From NCBI GenBank assembly GCA_963779415.1, contig CAVZYA010000002.1, positions 1,696,001 through 1,760,000 of the forward strand: a stretch of 64,000 nt of DNA, given 5' to 3'. Each line of letters begins with the position of its first letter. The stretch's first letter is position 1. Positions 20,565-29,681 of this stretch are shown piece after piece. The notes under the pieces are model-generated. The model worked only from the letters and a program-made list of their open reading frames with translations. It made no database searches and had not been told where the DNA came from. The position numbers were made by a program, and so were the translations under genes. This DNA comes from an uncultured Acidobacteriota bacterium (GTDB lineage Bacteria; Acidobacteriota; Thermoanaerobaculia; UBA5066).

Positions 20565-21537
20565 CCGCCTGACGGTGTCGCCCGAGGACGTCCGCGCCGC
20601 CCGGCAAAGGATCGCGCCCTACGTCCACCGGACGCCGGTCGTGACCTCCCGGACGATCGACGAGCGGGTCGGGGCGCGTCTCTTCTTCAAGTGCGAGACG
20701 TTCCAGAAGGTCGGGGCGTTCAAGGCGCGCGGGGCCTTCTCGCGGCTGCTCCTCCTTTCGCCTGACGAACGGAAGCGCGGCGTGGTGGCTTTCTCGTCGG
20801 GGAACCACGCGCAGGCCGTCGCCCTCGCTGCTCGGACGCTCGGCGTCCCGGCCACGATCATCATGCCTTCGGACGCGCCGGCGCTGAAGCTCGCGGCGAC
20901 GAGGGGCTACGGCGCGGAAGTTCTTCTCTACGACCGGCGCGAGGAGAGCCGCGAGGCGATCGCCAGGCGACTCGTCGAGGAGCGGGGCGCGCTCCTCGTC
21001 CCTCCATTCGACGACGATGCCGTCATCGCGGGACAGGGGACGCTGGCGCTCGAGCTGCTCGAGGACGCCCCCGGCCTCGACGTCATCGTGACCCCGTGCG
21101 GCGGGGCGGGGCTCCTCTCGGGCGTGGCCGTCGCCGCGAAGGGGGTGGACGAGGCGATCCGGCTCTTCGGCGTCGAGCCCGAGGAAGGGGACGACGTCCG
21201 GCGGTCCGTCGCGGCGGGAACGCCCGTCTCGATCCCCGTTCCGCGGACGATCGCCGACTCTCTCCAGACGACGCGCCCGGCCGAGCGGACGCTCCGGATC
21301 GTCCGCGCCCTCGTCGAGGAGGTCGTGACGGTCGCGGACGACGACCTTCGGCTCGCGATGGCGGTGGCGGCCGTACGCCTGAAGCTCGTCGTCGAGCCCG
21401 GCGGCGCGGCCGGCTTCGCCGCGATCCTCGCGGGGAAGATCCCGGCGATCGCCGGAAAGCGAGTCGGCATCGTCCTCTCGGGCGGCAACGTCGACCCGGA
21501 GCTCTTCGGGCGGCTCGTCGCCGGAACGCCCGTCTAG
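20554..21537 (+). CDS. PLP-dependent threonine/serine dehydratase (serine racemase-like)
   Basis: KCETFQKVGAFKARG, SSGNHAQA, GQGT, SGGNVD. Confidence 0.9.
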   Translation: MTPDRLTVSPEDVRAARQRIAPYVHRTPVVTSRTIDERVGARLFFKCETFQKVGAFKARGAFSRLLLLSPDERKRGVVAFSSGNHAQAVALAARTLGVPATIIMPSDAPALKLAATRGYGAEVLLYDRREESREAIARRLVEERGALLVPPFDDDAVIAGQGTLALELLEDAPGLDVIVTPCGGAGLLSGVAVAAKGVDEAIRLFGVEPEEGDDVRRSVAAGTPVSIPVPRTIADSLQTTRPAERTLRIVRALVEEVVTVADDDLRLAMAVAAVRLKLVVEPGGAAGFAAILAGKIPAIAGKRVGIVLSGGNVDPELFGRLVAGTPV

Positions 21538-22109
21538 AAGTAGACGTCGATGCCGGCGCCGACCTGTCCGCTCCGGGAGCTCATCCCGATCGCATTGACC
21601 GCGTCGATGTCCAGAAAGACGTAGCGCCCGTCGAGGCGGAGGGAGACGGTGCGCGAGATGCGGAAGTCGACACCGGCTCCGGCGTGGAGGGCGAACTTGT
21701 TCTCGATCGTCCGGCCCTGGGGCTCGAGCGGCCCCTCGCCGGTGCACCAGACCCGGTAGTAGCCGATCCCGCCGAGGAGGTAGGGCTGGACGCGGAGGTT
21801 CGGGAGGAGGTAGGCGAGAAGGGAGAGCTGCACCGGGATCTGCTGGACTCGAAGGACCGGCGTCCCGGCTTCGTCGTACGTGTCGATCCGGTGCCCGATG
21901 AAGAGCTCGAGGCCGAAGACCCCCGTCAGACGCGTGATCCCGAGCGCGCCTCCGACGAAGGTGGTCCCGGAGCCTCCCGCCGTCCGTGTCGCGGCGCCGA
22001 GAAGTCCGGCGCCGATTCCGGGGTCGGCGAACGGCTGCCCCGCCGCGGGGAGGGGCACGAAGAGCGCTCCGAGAACCGAAGCGAAGGCAAGAACCCGGAT
22101 CGACCGCAT
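21534..22109 (-). CDS. Outer-membrane beta-barrel (OmpA-like/porin family) protein
   Basis: Signal peptide, PYLLGGIG, HAGAGVDF amphipathic strands, C-terminal Phe. Confidence 0.75.
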   Translation of the reverse strand: MRSIRVLAFASVLGALFVPLPAAGQPFADPGIGAGLLGAATRTAGGSGTTFVGGALGITRLTGVFGLELFIGHRIDTYDEAGTPVLRVQQIPVQLSLLAYLLPNLRVQPYLLGGIGYYRVWCTGEGPLEPQGRTIENKFALHAGAGVDFRISRTVSLRLDGRYVFLDIDAVNAIGMSSRSGQVGAGIDVYF

Positions 22110-22156
22110 GGCGCGGGGCGAGTCTACGGGGAAATGGCCGATAATCGTCTCCTTCG

Positions 22157-24955
22157 GTGAGACACCGCACCTGGAAGGACGAGCTTGCAACCCTCCTGAT
22201 CGCCACGGGAGCGCAGTTCGTCGTTCTCCGGGTGGCCGACTGGGCCAAGGCGAACGGCGGGACGGACGAAATGGCCACCCGGCTCGTCGGGTACCGGTTT
22301 TTCTTCCTGCCACAGATCCTCGCGGTCGCGCTCGTCGTCCTCTTCATCCGGCTCGTCCGGAGCCTTCTCGACTTCCGGGGGGTCCGCCTGCGCGACTGGA
22401 TCCGCTCCTCGGCGGTCCTCGTCGGCTTCGCCGTCGTCCTCGTTCCGGCGGCCCATCTCGACCAGGTTCTCGGGTTTCTCGGGGGGACGCTCGGCATTTC
22501 TGCGGTCGAGTCCGTCCGGCAGGCCGTCGCCTCGGCGGACTTCTACGTCCTCCTCGGGCGAAACGCCGTCCTCCGTCTCGCCCTCGACCTCGTCGCCGTC
22601 CTCGTCGTCCTCGCCGCGCTCCGGTTCGTCCGGCCGGCGTCTCCCGACCGCGTCGCCGCACGCGATGCCGCCCACGCGGGGGACTACATTCGCGCGGGCG
22701 ATCTCTACCTGAAGTCGGGCGACGTCCCGCGTGCCCGGCAGATGTTCCGGAAGGGAGCGGCGTGGGGGCGCCTCGCGGTGCTCGCCGAGCGCGACGGAAA
22801 GGAGAAGGATGCGGCCGCGCTCTACGAGAAGGGAGGCGACGCGTACGCATTCGAGGCCGCCCGCGCGTGGGAGGCGGCCGGGGAAGCGGCGCGCGCGAAG
22901 GCCCTTTTCGAGGTCGCCACCAGCGCGGCGCGCGCCGGGGCCCGCTGGGACCGTCTCGCGGAGGTGGCCGAGGCGACGGGAGATCAGGTCGTCCTCGCGG
23001 AGGCGTGCCGCCGGCTCGCCGAGGGACAGCCGACCGGACCCGTTCGCGCGACACTCTGGAGGCGGTCCGCCGAGGCGTCGCGCGCCGCAGGCCGGCCGGT
23101 CGAGGCCGCCGAGGCGTTCCGACAGGCGCAGGAGTTCGAGAAGGCCGGGGAGATGTATCTCGAGGCGTCCCGACCGGTCGATGCCGTGAAGGCGTTCGAG
23201 CGGAGCGGGGCCCTGAGCCGCGCCGCCGCGGCGGCGGCCGCTGCGGGGGACAGCCGCGCGGCCCAGGAGCTCGCCGCTCGCGAGGCCGAATCGCGGGGAG
23301 ACGCGATGGCCGCGGCGGAAGCGTGGTGGAAGGCGGGCCAGGCTCACAGGGCCGCGACGCTCTACGAGCGGGCCGGGGCTCTTCCCAAGGCGGCCGAGGC
23401 GTGGCAGGAAGCGGGGCGGGCGGACCGTGCGGCCTCGCTCTGGGAGAAGGCGGGAGAGGACTCCCGCGCCGCGGCGGCGTGGGAGGCGGCAGGAAAGCCC
23501 GAATCGGCTGCGGGGCTCTGGGCGAAGCTGGGGAACTTCGAGAAGGCGACGGCGCTCTACAAGGCGGCGGGCCGCCTCCCGCTCGCGGCGGACGCCCTTC
23601 GCGGCGCGGGCCGGAACGAGGAAGCGGCGGCGATCTACTCGCGCGTCGGGCGGAATCTGGACGCGGCCCGGTGCCTGATCGCGGCGGGGCGTCGCGAGAA
23701 GGCGTGGGACGAGCTCGTCACGGCGCCGCGCAACGAGACGGGGGTCACGGAGGCGTTCCACGAGCTGGCCGAAGCGCACCTCGCGGTCGGGGAGGCGCTC
23801 GACGCGGCGCACGTGATGCGGGAGCTTCTGGGACGGAGTCCCGTCACGGCCGCGAACATCGGGTACTACCGGACGTTCCTCCGGGCGCTCCGCGAAGCCG
23901 GAGACCCGTCGGAAGGGGCCGAGCTCCGGCGCGCCGCGGCGTTCGATCCGTCCGTGCTCGAAGGGAACCCGCTCGTGCCGATCCCCGATTCGGCTGGCGA
24001 GCCGGACGAGGAGCTCTCGATGCCCCCCTCCCTCCTCCGGACGCCGCCCGCTGTCGACCGGCCTCCAGGCCGGCTCGCGATCCGCCCGTCGGGCAGCACC
24101 ATTCCGGCTTTCTCGACTCCGACCGACTCCGCCCCGCGCCCCGCCATTCCGCTCGGCACGCCCGAGCGCGTCGAAGAGCGTTACGAGATCCTGGCCGAGC
24201 TGGGGCGGGGAGGGATGGGCGTCGTCCACAAGGCGCTCGACCGGAAGCTCGACCGGTACGTCGCGCTGAAGATCCTGCCGTGGCAGCTCCGGAGCGACGA
24301 GACGGCGATGCGCTACTTCATCCGCGAGGCCAAGGCGATCGCGGCGCTCCGCCATCCGAACATCGTGGCGCTCTACGACTACGGCGAGGGATTCGGGAGC
24401 CTCTACCTCGCCATGGAATACCTCGCGGGGCCGAATCTCCAGAAGCTGATGAAGTCCGAGCCGGAGCGCCTCCGCCGCCACTGGCGCGAGTGGTTCGTCC
24501 AGTCGGCGCGGGGGATCGCCGCCGCGCACGCGAAGGGGATCCTGCACCGGGACCTGAAGCCGGCGAACCTGCAGCTCGACGAGCACGACATCATCCGGAT
24601 CCTCGATTTCGGTCTCGCGCTGCCGCAGGCGGACGCGGGGGGGACCTCGAAGCTGATCGGGAGCCCGGCGTTCTTCCCGCCCGATGTCCTCCGCGGGGAG
24701 CTCGCGAGCCCGGCCTCCGACATCTACTCGCTCGGGGCCGCGTTCTACACGCTCGCGACGGGGCGCTGGCCCTACGTCGGCGACGACGTCCTCGTCGCGC
24801 GTCTCGAGCGCGACCCGGACGATCCGCGCCCCTACGCGCCTTTCCTCTCCGAGGGTGAGGTGGAGATCCTCCTCAAGTGCCTCGCCCGGCACCGCCCTGA
24901 CCGCTATCCCGACGGCGGCGAGCTCCTCGGCGCGCTTCTCTCGCTCGAGGGGTGA
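22157..24955 (+). CDS. Hanks-type Ser/Thr protein kinase with N-terminal TM segments and alpha-helical repeats
   Basis: LGRGGMGVV, VALK, HPNIV, HRDLKPAN, DFG, SDIYSLG at the C-terminus; many ~13-aa AAxxxExAG repeats. Confidence 0.88.
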   Translation: MRHRTWKDELATLLIATGAQFVVLRVADWAKANGGTDEMATRLVGYRFFFLPQILAVALVVLFIRLVRSLLDFRGVRLRDWIRSSAVLVGFAVVLVPAAHLDQVLGFLGGTLGISAVESVRQAVASADFYVLLGRNAVLRLALDLVAVLVVLAALRFVRPASPDRVAARDAAHAGDYIRAGDLYLKSGDVPRARQMFRKGAAWGRLAVLAERDGKEKDAAALYEKGGDAYAFEAARAWEAAGEAARAKALFEVATSAARAGARWDRLAEVAEATGDQVVLAEACRRLAEGQPTGPVRATLWRRSAEASRAAGRPVEAAEAFRQAQEFEKAGEMYLEASRPVDAVKAFERSGALSRAAAAAAAAGDSRAAQELAAREAESRGDAMAAAEAWWKAGQAHRAATLYERAGALPKAAEAWQEAGRADRAASLWEKAGEDSRAAAAWEAAGKPESAAGLWAKLGNFEKATALYKAAGRLPLAADALRGAGRNEEAAAIYSRVGRNLDAARCLIAAGRREKAWDELVTAPRNETGVTEAFHELAEAHLAVGEALDAAHVMRELLGRSPVTAANIGYYRTFLRALREAGDPSEGAELRRAAAFDPSVLEGNPLVPIPDSAGEPDEELSMPPSLLRTPPAVDRPPGRLAIRPSGSTIPAFSTPTDSAPRPAIPLGTPERVEERYEILAELGRGGMGVVHKALDRKLDRYVALKILPWQLRSDETAMRYFIREAKAIAALRHPNIVALYDYGEGFGSLYLAMEYLAGPNLQKLMKSEPERLRRHWREWFVQSARGIAAAHAKGILHRDLKPANLQLDEHDIIRILDFGLALPQADAGGTSKLIGSPAFFPPDVLRGELASPASDIYSLGAAFYTLATGRWPYVGDDVLVARLERDPDDPRPYAPFLSEGEVEILLKCLARHRPDRYPDGGELLGALLSLEG

Positions 24956-25120
24956 CGACGCGTTCCCGGCGCGCCAGACATCGGATCTCTGATGCCGTGG
25001 GGGATAGAATCCCCGCAGTAACACGATCCTGACGGGCCGCCGGATCACGCGCCGCCGCGACCGGGTTCGGGTCGAGAGGCTGTGATGAGGTACGGCGCGG
25101 CGGGTCCCATAAATACGGTA

Positions 25121-25136
25121 ATATGGCTTCCCATAT
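25121..25136. promoter_or_regulatory. Palindromic operator of vapBC
   Basis: ATATGG-cttc-CCATAT perfect inverted repeat overlapping TAATAT (-10-like) and the antitoxin ATG. Confidence 0.55.
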
Positions 25137-25377
25137 GAAGACGACGGTCGAGCTTCCGGACGAGCTTCTGATCGCCGCGAAGAAACGGGCGGCGGAGACC
25201 CGGACCTCGCTGAAGGTGATCCTCTCCCGCGGACTGCAGCGGGAGCTGGCGCGACCGGCGCCGGCTCCGGCCCGAAGGCGGCGGGTTCGCTGGGTCACCG
25301 TGGAGGGCGGGCTCCCTCCCGGCTTGGACCTCTCGGACCGGGAGGCGATGCACCGGTTCATCCGTCGCGAACCGTGA
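25135..25377 (+). CDS. vapB: VapB-type antitoxin (RHH)
   Basis: MKTTVELPDELL..AK.RAA..RTSL pattern; overlaps PIN toxin start. Confidence 0.8.
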   Translation: MKTTVELPDELLIAAKKRAAETRTSLKVILSRGLQRELARPAPAPARRRRVRWVTVEGGLPPGLDLSDREAMHRFIRREP

Positions 25378-25802
25378 TCGCGGTCGACACGAACATCCTC
25401 GTCTATGCCCACCGGGCCCGCGTCCCCGAGCACCGGGCGGCACTCCGGGCTCTCGAGCGCGCGCGGCGAGACCCGCGCGGCTGGGGGGTCGCCCTGAGAA
25501 GTGTCGTCGAGTTCTGGAGTGTCGTCACGCATCCCGCTGCGAGGGGACGGCCGTCATCGCCGGCCGAGGCCCATGCCTTCTTCGAGACGCTGACGAGGGA
25601 CGCGGGCGGGCGAGTCTGGCTGCCCGGGGAGAGGTTCCGCGAACACCTGCTCGCCCTCGCCGCGCGGCTTGAGGTTCGAGGACCGAGGATCTTCGACCTC
25701 GAGATCGCGCTGACGGCCTTCGAAAACGGCGCCTCGGAGCTCTGGACCCTCGATGGGCACTTCGTGACGGTCCCCGGCCTCGAGGTCCGCCGGCCGTTCT
25801 GA
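25374..25802 (+). CDS. vapC: VapC PIN-domain toxin
   Basis: MIAVDTNILVYAH, EFWSVVTHP, IFD..IA, LWTLD. Confidence 0.88.
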   Translation: MIAVDTNILVYAHRARVPEHRAALRALERARRDPRGWGVALRSVVEFWSVVTHPAARGRPSSPAEAHAFFETLTRDAGGRVWLPGERFREHLLALAARLEVRGPRIFDLEIALTAFENGASELWTLDGHFVTVPGLEVRRPF

Positions 25803-25944
25803 CGCGACTTAGCCGTTTATCGCTTCAAAGGGGACGGCGGCTTGGCCTCTTTCCCTGACCGGCGTGCGAAGAGTCGCGCGCCGGTTCACCTGCATCATGG
25901 AGGGGCGCTCCGGGACGGCCGGATATTGGAATCCGAGGTGCACC

Positions 25945-26382
25945 ATGCCTGACCTCCTGAAGAGAGCTTCGAAGCCGGTCGTCTGCGTGGACGGGAAGGT
26001 CTCCGTCGAGGAGGCGGTCCGGACGATGGTCGAGCGGAAGATCGGCGCCGTCGTCGTGACGGAGAAGGGGCGCGTCGCCGGCATCTTCTCCGAGCGCGAC
26101 CTGATGCAGCGCGTCGTCCTCAAGAAGCTCGACCCGGTGAAGACTTCCGTCGCGAAGGTGATGACGGCGCCGGTCGTCAGCGCCTCCGTGGACGGCGACG
26201 AGGAGGAGGCGGTCGCGGCGATGGTCGAGAAGCACATCCGCCACGTCCCGGTCGTCGACCGGCGGAAGCACCCGGTGGGGATGCTCTCCTTCCGCGATGT
26301 CATGCGGAGCCGCGTCGACGACCTGAAGCACGAGGTGCAGGCGCTCGAGGCGTACCTCGGCTACGACGGCGTCTCGGGCTGA
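25945..26382 (+). CDS. CBS domain pair protein
   Basis: IGAVVV, GIFSERDL, IRHVPVV, GMLSFRDV. Confidence 0.88.
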   Translation: MPDLLKRASKPVVCVDGKVSVEEAVRTMVERKIGAVVVTEKGRVAGIFSERDLMQRVVLKKLDPVKTSVAKVMTAPVVSASVDGDEEEAVAAMVEKHIRHVPVVDRRKHPVGMLSFRDVMRSRVDDLKHEVQALEAYLGYDGVSG

Positions 26383-26384
26383 CC

Positions 26385-26774
26385 GTGGAGATCCGATTCC
26401 CGGGAGGCGCCGTGGTCGAGGCGCTCACCCGGGGCCTCACGATCCGGACCGACCAGCCGCTCGAAGACGGCGGGACGAACTCGGCGGCCTCCCCGTTCGA
26501 CCTCTTCCTCGCCTCCCTTGGGACGTGCGCCGGGTACTACGCGCTCGGCTTCTGCAGGGAGCGGTCGATTCCGACGGACGGTCTCGCTCTCACGCTCACG
26601 ACCGAGCGGGACGAGATTCGGAGGCGTCTCGCGAAGATCCGGATCGAGATCCGCCTTCCGGAGGGCTTTCCCGAGAAGTATAAGGGCGCGATCCTCCGGG
26701 CCGTCGACCAGTGCAGCGTCAAGCGCCACGTCGTCGAGGCGCCCGCGTTCGAGGTCGTCACGGTCGACGAGTAG
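26385..26774 (+). CDS. OsmC family protein
   Basis: TDQP..DGG...SPFDLFLASLGTC, QCSVKRH. Confidence 0.88.
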   Translation: MEIRFPGGAVVEALTRGLTIRTDQPLEDGGTNSAASPFDLFLASLGTCAGYYALGFCRERSIPTDGLALTLTTERDEIRRRLAKIRIEIRLPEGFPEKYKGAILRAVDQCSVKRHVVEAPAFEVVTVDE

Positions 26775-27150
26775 CGTCTCCGGATCGGGGTGGGCCGCCC
26801 GCGCTCTCCGGCGTCTCGAGGCCGTAGCGTTTTCGCAGCCGGGCGGTTTCGAAGACGAGCGCCGAGAGTGCCGTCAGGAGCGTGACGGCGCCGAGGATGA
26901 CCGCGAGACGCGTCCAGGGCTGGCCGAGGTCTCGACGGAGGTGGACGAAGAAGACCGTCGTCCGAAGCCACTCCGCGGTCCCGAGAGCGAGAGCGGCCTG
27001 GAGAGTCCGCGCGGCCCACGGCCTCGGCACCGCGAGAAACGTGAAAAGGAGAAGGGACAGCGCCGCGGCAGGGAGGTTTCCGGCGCGATAGAAGTGGGCT
27101 CCGAGAACAAGGAGAGAGAGAGCGGGCGGGAGGACGAGAAGAGCGGTCAC
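26758..27150 (-). CDS. Small integral membrane protein (about 4 TM)
   Basis: Hydrophobic ORF (LGAHFYR, W.RLAVILGAV) directly downstream of the YgbA-like gene. Confidence 0.65.
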   Translation of the reverse strand: MTALLVLPPALSLLVLGAHFYRAGNLPAAALSLLLFTFLAVPRPWAARTLQAALALGTAEWLRTTVFFVHLRRDLGQPWTRLAVILGAVTLLTALSALVFETARLRKRYGLETPESAGGPPRSGDATRRP

Positions 27151-27153
27151 CGT

Positions 27154-27510
27154 TCACGCCTCCCGCGGCGAAGGCGAGCGCCGCGGCCGGTCCGGCGCCT
27201 TCCGCCGTCCGTCGACGACGTGCATGAGCGCGAGGTACGGGTGCCGGAGGATCATCCGCGGCCCGGCGTACTTCATGACGACGCGGATCCGCTCCCGCAT
27301 CGTCTGCTGATAGCAATGGATCGGGCAGTTGACGCAGGTCGGCTTCGTCTCGCCGTAGGGGCAGCGCTCGAGGCGCTTTTCGGCATAGGCCTCGAGCTCG
27401 TCGCACTCCGTGCAAAGACGGGCCGCCGGATGGTGGCGGTCCGCGCAGTGAAGCGCGATCATCGTCCGAATCGTCTTCCACTCGCGGGCGTTCCGGCGTC
27501 TCGGACTCAT
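27154..27510 (-). CDS. YgbA / 'nitrous oxide-stimulated promoter' family Cys-rich protein
   Basis: RE.KTI..MI.LHC..H..LC.EC.EL..YA.KRL.RCP.GE.KP.C..CP.HCY...VMKYAGPRM..HP. Confidence 0.85.
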   Translation of the reverse strand: MSPRRRNAREWKTIRTMIALHCADRHHPAARLCTECDELEAYAEKRLERCPYGETKPTCVNCPIHCYQQTMRERIRVVMKYAGPRMILRHPYLALMHVVDGRRKAPDRPRRSPSPREA

Positions 27511-27581
27511 CCGGCGCCCATTCTAGAAACGTGGAGAGCCGCGCGGTATGACGCGCGTCAGGTGAGCCCGGGATCGGCCCT

Positions 27582-27884
27582 TCAGCTCTTCGTCGTGTGG
27601 CAGATGTCCTGCGGCTCGGTGACCATCCCGTCCGAGAGGAGCTCGGTCGTCTGCACGTGAACCACGATGCGGGAGCCGTCGTCCGTGGTGTGCTCGATGC
27701 CGGTCCTGCCGCAGAGAGGGCATGTGGCGACCGGTCCCTCCAGAGGCACGTCCATGCCGGGGGCCAGTCTCGCGAAGTTCTGCACCGTGACGATCCGCTC
27801 GCCGGGGCCCGTGCACTCGGGGGTCCGGTCGGGGCAGTCGATGAGCTGGCAGATGAACCCGGTCTTTTTCGCCGCCGTCAACAT
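27582..27884 (-). CDS. Hypothetical Cys/His-rich protein
   Basis: GAGGAG RBS, ATG 27884; CQLIDC, C, CPLC, H, H, CH. Confidence 0.6.
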   Translation of the reverse strand: MLTAAKKTGFICQLIDCPDRTPECTGPGERIVTVQNFARLAPGMDVPLEGPVATCPLCGRTGIEHTTDDGSRIVVHVQTTELLSDGMVTEPQDICHTTKS

Positions 27885-27934
27885 CGCCTTCTCCTCTCGT
27901 ACAGCGTAGGTCCGGGGCCGTCGGGAATCGCTGA

Positions 27935-28753
27935 TCAAGATGCACCATCGGCCGGAACGAGAATCCGTCCGCCGACGAGCGTCCGGAAGAGCGCGGTGAG
28001 CGCGCGGGGGGAGAGGTCGCGGCGATGGCGGGCCGGGAGCCCGTCCAGCGCTGCGGCGAGCGTTCGGCCGGCCGCGAGCGCCGAGACGAGCGCGAACGCG
28101 CCCGGCGAGAGATCCAGCCGCCTTACGGCGAAGCCGCGCCGGAAGAGGAGCGACGACGTGAGGCGCGGGCGCGGCCTTCGGCGGGGCGAGCGTCCTTCAC
28201 GCACGGTGTCGAGGTACGGCCCGACGGGATGGCCGAGCCGGAGGAGAGCGAGCGGCGTCGCGGAGCGGAACGTCGTGGCGGGACCGGGCGGCGCGACGCG
28301 TGCCGTGGCCGGAGCCGGGGCGACGGCGTCGAAGATCTCCGTGACGGTGTGTTCGAGTCGCGCGAGATCCGCGAGGAACCGGCGGTCCGGGCGGTGCGAG
28401 CGCGCGAGGTACTCCGGGACGTGGTCGCCGAGCCGGTTGAGCGTGTGGCTCCGCGACGGGTGCCGGGCGACGTAGGCGCAGACGAAGTCCGCGAATCCGT
28501 CCGGGCCGAGAGCGTGCGCGAGACCGGGGTAGTCGGCCGCGAGCGCCTCGCGCATCCGGAGGAGGTACATCCCCTGATAGATCCCGATCCGCTCCACCGC
28601 CGACAGCGCTCGCGACGGGCGGAGCACGTCCTCGGGCGTGGCACCCCGAAGCTCGCGGCGGGCCGCGCGCAAGGCCGCGGAACTCGTCTCGCCCGGATCG
28701 ACGACGACGCCCTGGACGAAGCGCTGAAGACGTCGAAGCGCTGGGTCAGCCAA
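27935..28753 (-). CDS. DUF2063-type MNIO partner (precursor-recognition) protein
   Basis: ERIGIYQGMY..R..EALAADYP.L...LG...F...Y...HPS...L..LG, DLARLE; overlaps the DUF692 stop. Confidence 0.85.
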   Translation of the reverse strand: MADPALRRLQRFVQGVVVDPGETSSAALRAARRELRGATPEDVLRPSRALSAVERIGIYQGMYLLRMREALAADYPGLAHALGPDGFADFVCAYVARHPSRSHTLNRLGDHVPEYLARSHRPDRRFLADLARLEHTVTEIFDAVAPAPATARVAPPGPATTFRSATPLALLRLGHPVGPYLDTVREGRSPRRRPRPRLTSSLLFRRGFAVRRLDLSPGAFALVSALAAGRTLAAALDGLPARHRRDLSPRALTALFRTLVGGRILVPADGAS

Positions 28754-29606
28754 CGGCGCTCCTCGGGACTCTCCCGGCCTTGCGGGGTCGGAAGGCGAGC
28801 GCCTTCATCGCCTCGGCGCGGACGACGGCGAAGGGAGGAATCTCCTCGTCCCACTCGAGAAGGGTCGAGACGGGTCCGATCCTCTCGAGAAGCCGCGCGT
28901 AGAGCCGCCAGACCTCGCTCACGACGTGGTCGCTGTGCGTGTCGAGGATGTAGTCCCCTTTGCGGGTGTGGCCGGCAAGGTGGACCTGGACCACCCGCCC
29001 GCCCGGGATCGCGTCGAGGTACGTCCCGGCGTCGAAACCGTGGTTGAAGGCGCTGACGAAGACGTTGTTCACGTCCAGAAGGAGGCCGCAGTCGGCCTCC
29101 TCGGCCATCCGGCCGATGAACTCCCACTCCGGCATCGAGCTCGAGGCGTACTCCATGTAGCTCGAGGGGTTCTCAAGGACGAGCGGGCGCCCGAGGAGGT
29201 CCGAGGCTTCCCGGATCCGCCGGACGACGTGGCGGAGCGTCGCCTCGTCGTACGGGATCGGAAGGAGGTCGTGCGTATTTCGTCCCGCGACGCCCGTGAA
29301 GCAGACGTGGTCCGAGACCCAGACCGCCTTCAACCGGTCGGCGAGGGCCCGGACCTTCGCGAGGTAGGCGCGGTCGAGCCGGTCCGTCCCGCCGATCGAG
29401 AGGGAGACGCCGTGGAGGACGACGGGATAGCGCTCCGCCACGAGGTCGAGGACCCGGAGCGGACGCCCCCCCGTGTCGAGGAAGTTCTCCGTGATGGCTT
29501 CGAACCAGTCGACGTCGGGCCACCGGCGGAGGAGCGTCGGGAAATGCGCCGTCCGGAGGCCGACGCCGATGCCGAGATCTGGGAGGTCGAATCGGTTCTC
29601 TTTCAC
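28746..29606 (-). CDS. DUF692 multinuclear non-heme iron oxidative enzyme (MNIO)
   Basis: GVGLR..H, HGVSLS, VSDH, HDLLP, ENPSSY, LLLDVNN, HLAGH, DTH, LEWD. Confidence 0.95.
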   Translation of the reverse strand: MKENRFDLPDLGIGVGLRTAHFPTLLRRWPDVDWFEAITENFLDTGGRPLRVLDLVAERYPVVLHGVSLSIGGTDRLDRAYLAKVRALADRLKAVWVSDHVCFTGVAGRNTHDLLPIPYDEATLRHVVRRIREASDLLGRPLVLENPSSYMEYASSSMPEWEFIGRMAEEADCGLLLDVNNVFVSAFNHGFDAGTYLDAIPGGRVVQVHLAGHTRKGDYILDTHSDHVVSEVWRLYARLLERIGPVSTLLEWDEEIPPFAVVRAEAMKALAFRPRKAGRVPRSAVG

Positions 29607-29622
29607 GTGTCACCTCCCGGCC

Positions 29623-29667
29623 CGCCGGGGGGCGGAGGACCCCCCAAGCCCCTCCGCCCGCCCGGCG
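29623..29667 (-). other. GC-rich intercistronic stem-loop between precursor and DUF692
   Basis: cgccggg-gggcggagg...cctccgccc-g-cccggcg imperfect inverted repeat, no U tract. Confidence 0.6.
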
Positions 29668-29681
29668 TCCGAGATCGCCGC

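Noticed and set aside
25040-25110. Possible hammerhead ribozyme (…ctgtgatgagg… among hairpins)
   Set aside because: The core is not CUGAUGA and no GAAA partner strand is present.
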